Assembly (NCBI GenBank): GCA_963664405.1
Contig: OY761158.1
Coordinates: 704,001 to 768,000 of the forward strand
DNA length: 64,000 nt
Origin: Thermoanaerobaculia bacterium
GTDB lineage: Bacteria; Acidobacteriota; Thermoanaerobaculia; Multivoradales; Multivoraceae
Direction: 5' to 3'
Part shown: positions 40,027 to 49,061 of the stretch, in pieces
Layout of the letters: the number at the start of each line of letters is the position of its first letter
Numbering within the stretch: the stretch's first letter is position 1
Program-made: the position numbers and the translations under genes
The notes under the pieces: model-generated
What the model was told of the DNA's origin: nothing
Databases searched by the model: none
The model's input: only the letters and a program-made list of their open reading frames with translations

Positions 40027-41678
40027 GCCCCCACCCGGTAAAGCAGAAAGAGCCTCCAGGGATCATGAACTCGATGGATCAGCTCGAGGCGGCGCGCCTC
40101 GGCGGGAGAGGCCTCTTCGATACTCCGTAGCTCTCGGGCGGAGAGCACGACAAAGGATCCAACAGCCGGTAGCGGCCCTCCTGGATGAAAGGTCCTCACC
40201 GGGCGATCGAGATAGAAGTAGAGCGAAGAGCTCTTGCCTACGACATCCGCTACGCCAAACGCCCAAACCGTTGCGCCCTCGGGTAGGTGGGCGTCCAGCG
40301 ACTTCGCCGCCGACTCCAAGACACGGAATCGGGCCCGATGTGGGCGAAATGCCCAGTTCTCGGCCGTCCACGAGCACAGTGCACCGACGAGCAAGACATA
40401 GGCGATCCGATAGCGCGGCCGATCGCGATGAAGCCACTCGACGACAGCGAATGAGGTGATCCCGACAACCAACAGCAAGACTCGGGAGGGGGCAGAGAAT
40501 GTAGGCCCTAGAGCCAGAGTCATCACTAGGATCGCGAATACGAGGCCCAAGCCGTGAAAGAAGCGCGAAGCACGCTTCGTCGGCTGGGCCAGTCGCTCCA
40601 AAGCGTGGGCGCTGACAATCCCTGCCGCAACACTCAACGGCAAGTAGTAGCGACTCTCGTCAGTGGGCACCGCCATGAAGACGAGAGTGCCGCCGACAAG
40701 AAACGCCCAGGCGGCCCGCTGCAGGCGTTCCTCGGGTCCCGCGGGGGCCACCCTCCAACTCGAGCCAGGAGAGCTCCAGAACCAGCAGAGGCTCCAAGGA
40801 ACGAACGCGGCAAGAATGACCAGGGGCTTGGTGAAAGTCCGGCTGACGGTCTCGAGGGTCCATTCGAGGCCCCGCTTACGAGCCTCGTCCAGAGGCTGAT
40901 CAAAGGCCGCCGACCCGACCGAGCTCCAGAGCAGCGCGAGATAAGCTCCGATGAGAACCGCAAACAGGGCGACGCCGGCAAGGTGTCCGCGACGGGTGAG
41001 CTGGCGAGTTTGGCGAGAGAAGATCGCAGCGCCCAAGAGTCCTGGCCCGAAGGCCATGAGCGCCAACATGCCCTTGGCAAGAAATGCCGCAGCGAGGGCG
41101 AGATAGGCGAGGAGCCAAATCCAGGTGGAGGGCTTTGCTCGCTCGGCCGCCAGGTTGTAGCAGGCAGCCGCAACCGCGATACCCACCAGAGAGGCCAGCA
41201 CGGTGTCGAACTCACCGAGGTTCACTTTCTGGTTCCACAGCAGCCCGGTAGTGGCGGCGAGGGCGGCGAAAAGGCCCAGTCGAGGTTTAGTCACGCGACC
41301 GATGAGCACCAGCACTACCAAGCCCATGACTACAGTCGAGACAGCACCTGGAAGACGCACCGCCAACTCGGTCGGCCCGAAGAGCCCAATCGACAACGCA
41401 GCCAGCCAGTAAACCAACGGAGGTTTGTAGGTGTAGAGCTCGCCATAGAGCTCAGGGAGGAGGAGATCGCCGTTCTCGAGCATGTTCTCGGCTGCGTACG
41501 CGACCATGCCCTCCATGCTCACCAGACCGGTGGAGCCCAGCCCGGAGAGAGTCACCAACAGTGCGATGGTCAAATAGAAAGCGGCGGCGCCCGGCCACGA
41601 GTCCAGCGAGCTGAGAGAAGAACGATCCATTGCAGAGCTGTCCCGGCCTTCGAGCCCCCCCTCCCCGCTAACCGACAT
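40023..41678 (-). CDS. ArnT/PMT-like integral membrane glycosyltransferase (GT-C)
   Basis: YTYKPPLVYW, ELAVRLP, AFLAKG; many TMs; TGATG overlap with the upstream gene. Confidence 0.85.
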   Translation of the reverse strand: MSVSGEGGLEGRDSSAMDRSSLSSLDSWPGAAAFYLTIALLVTLSGLGSTGLVSMEGMVAYAAENMLENGDLLLPELYGELYTYKPPLVYWLAALSIGLFGPTELAVRLPGAVSTVVMGLVVLVLIGRVTKPRLGLFAALAATTGLLWNQKVNLGEFDTVLASLVGIAVAAACYNLAAERAKPSTWIWLLAYLALAAAFLAKGMLALMAFGPGLLGAAIFSRQTRQLTRRGHLAGVALFAVLIGAYLALLWSSVGSAAFDQPLDEARKRGLEWTLETVSRTFTKPLVILAAFVPWSLCWFWSSPGSSWRVAPAGPEERLQRAAWAFLVGGTLVFMAVPTDESRYYLPLSVAAGIVSAHALERLAQPTKRASRFFHGLGLVFAILVMTLALGPTFSAPSRVLLLVVGITSFAVVEWLHRDRPRYRIAYVLLVGALCSWTAENWAFRPHRARFRVLESAAKSLDAHLPEGATVWAFGVADVVGKSSSLYFYLDRPVRTFHPGGPLPAVGSFVVLSARELRSIEEASPAEARRLELIHRVHDPWRLFLLYRVGA

Positions 41679-42580
41679 CAGCCTGCCCGGTGGCTCTGAG
41701 GCGGAGAGATCTGGATGAAGTTCGCGAGAACAGCTTTCGAAACTTGTCCCTCCCGATCCCTCAGCCAATAAGCTTCCAGAATCGTGGGAGTTACTCGTAC
41801 CTCCCGCGGTACCTGAGCCAATACCGCCGGAGGCACCGGCTCGTCGTCCGCAAGCTCGAGAAGTAGTGTCAAGCCGCTCTCGAGAATCTTGACTTCTTGC
41901 TCACCGTGGCGGCTCCGCCACCGAACCGCGTGGACGGTGCTTCCGAGCTCTTGCTCCTGGCGCACGCGTGTTGGCGGAGTCCCACCCAGATAAGGGCGGA
42001 GTGTCTGGGTTACCTGGCCCGCCAAATCCGAGAGCTCCTCCACTCCATCGCCATCCTGAGCCTCCGCCAGATCCTCGAAATGGAAGAGCGCATTGCCCCG
42101 CGCATCGAGAAATCGCACGATCTCAGCGCCATCCGACGCTGCGCCACTCACTCTGTAGGCCAAGATCCGGACTCGCTCGACACGCGGTTCCGGAGCCGAA
42201 GAGTCGGAGAGAAGGGACTCTCGAAGGCTCTCGGGCAAGACACTCACCCGCGCGGGCGACGAGAGCCAGAGAAGTGTTCCCTCCGCGGTCACCTCGCCGC
42301 GGTAAGTCTGCCCGGGTCTCGACGCCTCGAAACGGTGGATCCCATCCGTGGAGGTCGGATCGACGTCCAGCACCACGGCGTCTGAGGGGAGGAACCTGGC
42401 GAGAGTGTCGTAAGCGGCCGGCACCGGCCTGGCCTGGTCTCTCTCGACACGGTGGGCTAGCAGGGCAACCGCCGGGGGGACGAGCAACACCGTGGCGAGT
42501 CGCCGCAGAAAGCCCGCTCGCCGCCTTTTCTGCGCTTCCTGGAGCGCCTCACTGGTCATCAAATTCGCTTGCATCTCCAA
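41678..42580 (-). CDS. Membrane-anchored hypothetical protein (possible PepSY-like repeats)
   Basis: Single N-terminal TM, 300 aa. Confidence 0.6.
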   Translation of the reverse strand: MEMQANLMTSEALQEAQKRRRAGFLRRLATVLLVPPAVALLAHRVERDQARPVPAAYDTLARFLPSDAVVLDVDPTSTDGIHRFEASRPGQTYRGEVTAEGTLLWLSSPARVSVLPESLRESLLSDSSAPEPRVERVRILAYRVSGAASDGAEIVRFLDARGNALFHFEDLAEAQDGDGVEELSDLAGQVTQTLRPYLGGTPPTRVRQEQELGSTVHAVRWRSRHGEQEVKILESGLTLLLELADDEPVPPAVLAQVPREVRVTPTILEAYWLRDREGQVSKAVLANFIQISPPQSHRAG

Positions 42581-42882
42581 CCGGGCTGCAGAGCCATCGA
42601 CAGGGACCGTGCGCGGAAGACGGTCGATCCCTTCGCTCTCTTACACTATCGTCTCCAGTTCAGGAACGGCGCCCTGTGTGCGAGCGAACGGAGGAGGCGA
42701 TTTCGGAGGAGCTTCCGAGAATGACGGCATACGAGTCGCCGCGGAGAAACCCGATCGCTGACGCTGCGGTGAAGGTCGGGCGACGCACCACGACGGCCAG
42801 ACAGCCCTCGCCCCCTCGACCGCGCGATACGATCGGACGCGCCGAATAGAGAAACGTGATCCCGATCCGATGACGCGGTCTG

Positions 42883-43217
42883 ATGACGGTCGAACAAGTC
42901 CTGGACAGCTATCTCGAAGGCAAGGGTCTCAGTCGGTCAGACAAGTGGGTGTGCTTCCTGATCGGCGGCCTGCGCATTCCCTACTTCCCCAGATATCCGC
43001 TCCGCCACTTTCTGACGATTCACGATGTTCACCACGTCATCACCGGCTCCTGATCAGTCCGGTCGGTGTCCGAACTGCGCTCTCAACCGGAGCCAGGCAG
43101 CACAATCTGTACTCCTTCGAGGTGAATGAAGTACTGGAGATGGACTACGAAGCTGCGTTTGCCTATGTGACCCGAGGTGAGAAGTGGACGAAGCCGGAGC
43201 ACAACACGAATAGCTAA
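42883..43217 (+). pseudogene. Internally deleted Coq4-like (HDxxH) gene
   Basis: MTVEQVLDSY...IHDVHHVITGS* (42883-43053); a plausible C-terminus (LLISP..RQHNLY) follows in another frame. Confidence 0.55.
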
Positions 43218-43277
43218 TCGGACTCGATCGAGGGCGAGCTACCCCTCAGTGGTAGTACGCCATGCAGCGCCATGGAG

Positions 43278-43515
43278 TAAGTGACTTTATATCAACCATT
43301 TGCGAATCCTCATCTCAATTGTGTCAGCACTATGTCAGCACAACTCCCCGCTTCGACGCGACTGACTGATTACAAGTCCCTCTTAGGGGCTGACTCAGCA
43401 GTACTCCTAGACACTAAAATACTCAATCTAAAAGGGTTTATTGGATTTCTTGGTTTCTCGAGATAGGCCGAGATCGGGACAGTTTTGCGGAGTTGGTGAA
43501 CAAACGGTGAACAAG
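43278..43515. mobile_element. att-like scar of a tyrosine-integrase element
   Basis: IHF consensus TATCAACCATTTG at 43290-43302; tandem 11-mers at 43320-43341 and 11-bp-spaced GGTGAACAA at 43495-43514; tRNA-Thr(TGT) anticodon-arm fragment on the minus strand at 43365-43378; AT-rich. Confidence 0.5.
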
Positions 43516-43539
43516 CTCTCATCAAGGGGCTGTCTGGCT

Positions 43540-43884
43540 GAGTTGGTGAGCAGGAGGTGAGTAGCTCGTCGGGTAGGGGATCAGCGAACGGCTTCAGATC
43601 GGTGCCATCCAGGGGCGGGCTCCCGCAGAGGTCGAAACGACGCCGGTGCTGAGAGGTCAGGTGTCGCACCCACGCACATATCGCGACAAACTGTCGCCTT
43701 TCACCCGCGGGCCACCACGACTGACCTGCTCCCCATTCTGGTACCACAGATCATGACAATTCATCGGCCACCGGCACAGCAGCGCCCGTAAGTTCCAGCC
43801 ACTCCACATCGAAGGGGCAGCCAACACGGTGGCGTCATCGTCTATGAACAGCAGATGCCCCGTAGGGCTGTACAGCTTGTGCAA
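43540..43884 (-). pseudogene. Degraded fragment of a kinase-associated TolB-like beta-propeller
   Basis: LYSPTGHLLF...VLAAP/(frameshift)FDVEWLELTGAAVPV matches RYVPTGHLVY...VLAVQFDAEHLEVTGPSVPV of the 49062 kinase. Confidence 0.65.
43662..43688 (-). repeat. Single TGTCG-N17-CGACA site
   Basis: tgtcgcacccacgcacatatcgcgaca; AT-rich side suggests reverse orientation. Confidence 0.6.
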
Positions 43885-43895
43885 TCAGGGGTGTG

Positions 43896-45851
43896 TTACG
43901 GAAACTCCATCTTCACGATGATCTCTTGCCCCCGGGGATCTTCACGCAGCGGGGCAAATTCGGGCCAAAGCCTGGCCACAATGGTTAGAAACGGCTCCCT
44001 TTGCTCGTAGGCACGGCTAAAGAGTGCGACGCCTTCGTCGAGAAGCCCGGCACTGAGGGCGGCAACTGCCAACATTGACGGTTGAATGTACTCGCGCCCG
44101 GTTCGGGCTTTCAACTCTTCATATATAGCGCTCGCCTTTTCCGGTTTCCCCCAGTTGCCGTAGGTAGCCGCCAAAATCGCCATTGCCCACGGGTGTCGCC
44201 CCGAAATCGCCAGCGCCTCTTCGCCGGCTTGCTCGGCTTCCTGGTATCGTGACGCCCAACCGTACACCACCTGGAGAATCCAACGCGTATGGTATGCATC
44301 CGGATCAAGTTCGGTGGCTTTGACCGCCTGCTCGATTGCTTCTTCGTGGTAACCGGCGAGCCCAAGGCCCACACCCAGCACCGCGGCGTTGTAGCCGCAC
44401 AGAGGATCGATTTCAACGCACCGCCGAAGCTCGGCCAGGCCTTCTTCGAACCGACCCGCAACGAATTGTAGATAGAACAAACCGTACCAGGATCTCGCCT
44501 GGACGTATTGCGGGTTTAATTCCAACGCTCGACGGAACGCTCGCTCGGCAGTCTGCCAATCTCGGTCATGGAGAAGACTCACGATGGCAAAGGCATTGTG
44601 CGCCTCCGCAAGATCCGGTGCCAGTTCCAAGGCTTGGGTCGCCGCCTTCTTAGCCTGCGGCATTGTTTCTTTGCCGGGGGCAAACCCGTAGTAGCCAAGC
44701 ATTGTGTTGCCATCCGCGAGCCCGGCGTGGGCGAGTGCGTAATCAGGATCGAGGGCAAGCGCCTGATTGAAGCATTCCAATCCCCGGGGAATCACCAGGC
44801 CGCGTTTGTACAGAATGGAGCGCCCTTTGAGGTATAACTGATACGCCTCGAGATTCTCCGTGTGCGGTTTTACGAGTGGCGTGTCGGCTCCATCTTCGAG
44901 GGATACCTTCAACCTGTCCGCGATAGTTCGTGCGATCTCGTCCTGAATCGCAAAGATGTCTTCTATTTCTCGGTCGAACCGTTCGGACCAGAGATGCTCG
45001 TCTTTGGCGACGTCGATGAGCTGGGCCGTAATCCGAACGCGGGTTCCGGCTCTGCGTACACTCCCCTCCAACAGTGTTGTCACTCGCAGCCGCTCCGCGA
45101 TCTCGCGCATCTCCAGTGTCTTGCCCTTGAAGTAGAACGAAGACGTGCGGGACGCTACGTGAAGAGCATCCACTTGCACGAGTGCGTTGATGATTTCCTC
45201 GGTGATTCCATCGCTGAAGAACTCGTTCTCGGGATCCGTGCTCATATTTGCGAAGGGCAGCACCGCGATCGACGGTTTGTCCGGGAGGGCCGACGGAGCC
45301 TGGGAGACGGTTGCCGCTCGCGGTCGGTCGGAGTCGACTAGGCGGAACGCGCGGATCCGCTCAGCGATGTTCTTGAGAACCTGCTCTCCCATGTCCTCGT
45401 AGAGGAGATCGAGACTCGTCTTCACGGCGGAGCGCACAGCCTCGGAGACACAGATACCCCCAGGGTGGGCGAGACTCTCGAGGCGTGCCGCGATGTTCAC
45501 TCCGTCGCCATAGATGTCGCCACGGTCCTCGATCACGTCACCGAGGTGTACGCCGATGCGTAACCGCACTTCGCGCTCATCCGGTAGACCCTCGTTCAAT
45601 GCCGCGAGCTGCGTCTGGATGTCAGTTGCGCTGGAAACCGCATCGACTACCGCCTGGAACCTGGCCAGCACGGCATCCCCTGCGTAGTGCATCACTTCAC
45701 CGCGATGGGAATCGACGGTGGTGGTGATCAGGTCGAGGTATTCGCCGAGCGTACGGTGAGTGGAATCCTCATCTTCACCCGTCAGCCGGCTGTAATCGGC
45801 GACATCCGCGTATAGGATCGCGGCGAGCTTACGTGGCAGGCGCTCTGACAC
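43896..45851 (-). CDS. Class III adenylate/guanylate cyclase with TolB-N-like and TPR domains
   Basis: AAILYADVADYS, RIGVHLGDV, GDGVNIAARLE; SIAVLPFANMS; TPRs. Confidence 0.9.
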   Translation of the reverse strand: MSERLPRKLAAILYADVADYSRLTGEDEDSTHRTLGEYLDLITTTVDSHRGEVMHYAGDAVLARFQAVVDAVSSATDIQTQLAALNEGLPDEREVRLRIGVHLGDVIEDRGDIYGDGVNIAARLESLAHPGGICVSEAVRSAVKTSLDLLYEDMGEQVLKNIAERIRAFRLVDSDRPRAATVSQAPSALPDKPSIAVLPFANMSTDPENEFFSDGITEEIINALVQVDALHVASRTSSFYFKGKTLEMREIAERLRVTTLLEGSVRRAGTRVRITAQLIDVAKDEHLWSERFDREIEDIFAIQDEIARTIADRLKVSLEDGADTPLVKPHTENLEAYQLYLKGRSILYKRGLVIPRGLECFNQALALDPDYALAHAGLADGNTMLGYYGFAPGKETMPQAKKAATQALELAPDLAEAHNAFAIVSLLHDRDWQTAERAFRRALELNPQYVQARSWYGLFYLQFVAGRFEEGLAELRRCVEIDPLCGYNAAVLGVGLGLAGYHEEAIEQAVKATELDPDAYHTRWILQVVYGWASRYQEAEQAGEEALAISGRHPWAMAILAATYGNWGKPEKASAIYEELKARTGREYIQPSMLAVAALSAGLLDEGVALFSRAYEQREPFLTIVARLWPEFAPLREDPRGQEIIVKMEFP

Positions 45852-46089
45852 TAGCGGGACGCGGCAGGTTTGATGGGAGGCATGCCCGATCTTATCCGAG
45901 GATGCTAGTGGTGGCGAGCCTGCGGCGCGACTCGCCTCACTTCAGCCCTTACGTTGGAGGCTGTTCATGACTGGCCCGGGCCGCGACGTAGCGTACACTG
46001 GCCTGCGGCAGTGGCGCCAGCGTTTCCACGAAGCGTCGCTGTGATCAACTGAGGCTCGGACCAGAGCCCGAAGGAAGGTTCGCCGCACC

Positions 46090-47661
46090 ATGGCCAAAGT
46101 CGCTGACCTCCCCGTGCCGGAGCTTGGGATCGGCCCGAGTGAGGCCGCCGAGCGCTTCGAGCGACTTCAAGCGAAGTTGGCACGCATGTGGCAGTCCATG
46201 CGCGAGATGACCGACGCCGAACGCACCATAGTCGTCGTGCCCTCGCAATCGACCGAGTTCGATGTCAAGGGCGCGGAAATGCAGGCGTACGAAGAGCGGT
46301 TTCTCTTCCTGCTCCTCTTGCTGCGGCAGCCTCGCGTACGCCTCATCTACGTCACGTCGCAGACGATCCTGCCGAGCACGATCGACTACTATCTGGGCCT
46401 GCTACCGGGTGTGATCCCACGTCACGCGAGGGCCCGGCTATTCCTCGTGGCACCGGAGGACAGGAGCCCACGTCCGCTCTCGCTCAAGTTGCTCGAGCGG
46501 CCAGCGCTCCTGGAGCAAATTCGCTCGTTGATCCCTGACTCCGAGAACGCTCACATCGTGCCGTACAACACCACGGCGCTCGAGCGCGACCTTGCGCTCC
46601 GGCTGGGGATTCCGATCTACGCTGCCGACCCCAAGTTCTATGATTACGGGACCAAATCCGGCTGTCGGCGCCTGTTCTCCGAGGAAGGCGTGAAACACCC
46701 CTTCGGAATCGAGGATCTTCACTCCGTCCAAGACATCGCCGATGCCATTCAGCGCATGAGGAGTGAGAGGCCCGGACTCGTGGAAGTCTTCGTGAAGCTG
46801 AATGAGGGCATCTCTGGAGAGGGGAACGCGGCGGTCGACATCAGTGGGCTCCCGACGCCGGGCAGTCCCGCTGAGCTGGATGAGATCGGCGAGCGCGTTC
46901 GCAACCTGCGCCTGGAGTATGCCGGCACGACCTTCGAAGCGTACGTGGACAAGCTGGTCGCACGGGGAGGGGTCGTAGAGGAGCGCATTTCGGGTGTCGA
47001 GTTTCGTAGTCCGAGTGTGCAGTTGAGAACGACGCCGTTAGGCGATCTGGAGATCCTCTCGACACATGACCAGATCCTTGGAGGCGCGACTGGAGGGCTC
47101 TATGAGGGTTGCAAGTTTCCCGCCGACCCCGCCTATGCTGCAAGCATCGCGGAAGAGGCTGAAAAAATTGGAAAGCGGCTTACCCTGGAAGGCGTGCTTG
47201 GGCGCTTCGCGGTGGACTTCGTCGCCGCAAGAGGGAGCGAGGGCGAGTGGGACGTCTACGCGATCGAGGTGAATCTACGAAAAGGCGGGACCACGCATCC
47301 GTTCTTAACGCTACAATTCCTGACGGATGGCAGCTATGACCCCGAAGCAGGCGCATTCGTTGCTCCCAGTGGGAAGGAGAAATTTTTCGTCGCTAGCGAT
47401 CACCTGGAGTCGCCCAGCTATCGGGTGTTCTCACCGGACGATCTGTTCGACATCTTGGTGAGGCACCGGCTTCACTTCGACCAGACGCGCCAGACCGGTG
47501 TCGTACTTCACATGTTGGCCACGCTAGCCGAAAACGGCAGGGTCGGCGTCACAGCCGTGGGTGACTCCGAGCAGGACGCGGACGATCTCTTCGAACGGAC
47601 CAAGGCTGTGCTCGACGACGAGGCCGCCGCCGCCCTAGCTCCGGCAGAGCTGCCGACCTGA
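46090..47661 (+). CDS. PGM1-related ATP-grasp peptide ligase
   Basis: YEERFLFLLLLL, GTKSG, KLNEGISGEGN, SPSVQ, EVNLRKGGTTHP. Confidence 0.8.
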   Translation: MAKVADLPVPELGIGPSEAAERFERLQAKLARMWQSMREMTDAERTIVVVPSQSTEFDVKGAEMQAYEERFLFLLLLLRQPRVRLIYVTSQTILPSTIDYYLGLLPGVIPRHARARLFLVAPEDRSPRPLSLKLLERPALLEQIRSLIPDSENAHIVPYNTTALERDLALRLGIPIYAADPKFYDYGTKSGCRRLFSEEGVKHPFGIEDLHSVQDIADAIQRMRSERPGLVEVFVKLNEGISGEGNAAVDISGLPTPGSPAELDEIGERVRNLRLEYAGTTFEAYVDKLVARGGVVEERISGVEFRSPSVQLRTTPLGDLEILSTHDQILGGATGGLYEGCKFPADPAYAASIAEEAEKIGKRLTLEGVLGRFAVDFVAARGSEGEWDVYAIEVNLRKGGTTHPFLTLQFLTDGSYDPEAGAFVAPSGKEKFFVASDHLESPSYRVFSPDDLFDILVRHRLHFDQTRQTGVVLHMLATLAENGRVGVTAVGDSEQDADDLFERTKAVLDDEAAAALAPAELPT

Positions 47662-47742
47662 GAACCGAACTCCAGCACACGGTGCGCCACCGCGGGGTCT
47701 CGTGTGCGGTACTGAAAGATGTAGACCTTGCAACCGAAACCA

Positions 47743-47834
47743 GTGACACCGGTCTGGCGCGAGGCGACACGAATAGCTGAGACCGAATAAGCCCCGCAAC
47801 AGCGTAGATGTCTATCTGGCGGATAGGATCCGCC
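47743..47834 (+). repeat. Partial leader module (degenerate site 1, ATAGC/ATAAG box, -10 hairpin)
   Basis: gtgacaccggtctGGCGcgaggCGACAcgaATAGCtgagaccgaATAAGccc; ggcggaTAGGATccgcc. Confidence 0.65.
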
Positions 47835-47847
47835 ACCTGGGAGAGAA

Positions 47848-48849
47848 ATGATGCCGATGCTTGTCCTCAGCCAAACCGAGGTCCGTGAGCTCCTGCCCAT
47901 GGATCGTTGTATCGACCTGATGGCGGAGGCCCTGACCGGCCTCTCGGCGGGTGAGGCGGTCAACCCGCTGCGTCACGGCATCTTCCTGCCTGACCGGTCC
48001 GGCCTTCTGGGCCTGATGCCGGGGTATACCGCCGAGCCGGCGGCACTCGGGGTCAAGGTCATCGCCGTCTTCCCGGACAATCACGGCAGCGAGCTTGACT
48101 CCCACCAGGGCATCGTGGCCCTCTTCGACGCACAGAACGGACGCCCCCTGGCCATTCTCGAGGCCAGTGAGATCACGGCGATCCGCACGGCGGCGGCCAG
48201 CGGTCTCGCCACCCGGCTGCTGGCGCAGGAAGACGCGTCCGAGCTAGCGATCCTGGGCTCCGGCACACAGGCCCGCACCCACCTAGAAGCGATGGCGGCA
48301 GTCCGACCTCTCAACGAGGTTCGAGTCTTCAGTCCCCATCGCGAGCACCGCGAAGGGTTCGCAGCCGAGGCTCGCCGGCGTTCGAGCTTGCTGGTCAGAG
48401 CTGTCGACTCCGCCGAGGAGGCGGTGCGGGGCGCCGATATCATCTGCACCACGACGACTTCGGCTGATCCAATAGTTGATGATAGCTGGATCCATCCTGG
48501 AGCCCATATCAACGCGGCCGGCTCCAGCGTGGCCAGCGATCGTGAGCTCGACACCGCGTCGGTGCTTCGCGCTCGACTCTTTGTCGACTGCAGGGAGTCG
48601 ACAGTCAACGAGGCAGGAGACTTTCTGATTCCGAAGAAGGAAGGCGCGATCACCGACGAACACATTCAGGGCGAACTCGGTGAGATTCTGCTGGGCAGCA
48701 TCCAAGGCCGCCAAAGTGCCGACGAAGTCACGCTCTTCAAGTCGCTGGGGGTAGCGGTCGAAGATCTGGCCGCAGCGACCTACGTCTATACAGAGGCTAA
48801 GGCTCGGGGAGTCGGGACCGAGGTCGAGCTCGGAGGCATGCGTTCCTAG
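47848..48849 (+). CDS. Ornithine cyclodeaminase/mu-crystallin family protein
   Basis: MPGY, TAIRTAAAS, GSGTQA, FKSLGVAVEDLAAA. Confidence 0.92.
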   Translation: MMPMLVLSQTEVRELLPMDRCIDLMAEALTGLSAGEAVNPLRHGIFLPDRSGLLGLMPGYTAEPAALGVKVIAVFPDNHGSELDSHQGIVALFDAQNGRPLAILEASEITAIRTAAASGLATRLLAQEDASELAILGSGTQARTHLEAMAAVRPLNEVRVFSPHREHREGFAAEARRRSSLLVRAVDSAEEAVRGADIICTTTTSADPIVDDSWIHPGAHINAAGSSVASDRELDTASVLRARLFVDCRESTVNEAGDFLIPKKEGAITDEHIQGELGEILLGSIQGRQSADEVTLFKSLGVAVEDLAAATYVYTEAKARGVGTEVELGGMRS

Positions 48850-48917
48850 AGGAGGTTCAGCGGTATGGATACTGGCGCCGGAGTATTGTTCCATTCACAT
48901 CGTTCGCTTTCCGGAGC

Positions 48918-49061
48918 TGTCGCGAAATCCGGCGGACCACGACAAGAATAGCTCGAAGCGAATAAGCCCCCCGCTGTCGCACTTTTGGGTGCTTCGAGAC
49001 ACGTTAGATCGAGCCCTGAGCCGCTGATCCCCCGGGCGACGGGTAAGATGTTGCCAAGTCA
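48918..49061 (+). repeat. Kinase leader module B
   Basis: Sites at 48918-48944 and 48975-49001 (right arm AGACA); TAAGAT hairpin before the ATG. Confidence 0.9.

Noticed and set aside
43355-43385. Intact tRNA-Thr gene
   Set aside because: Only an anticodon-arm fragment is present; no D arm, T arm or acceptor stem.
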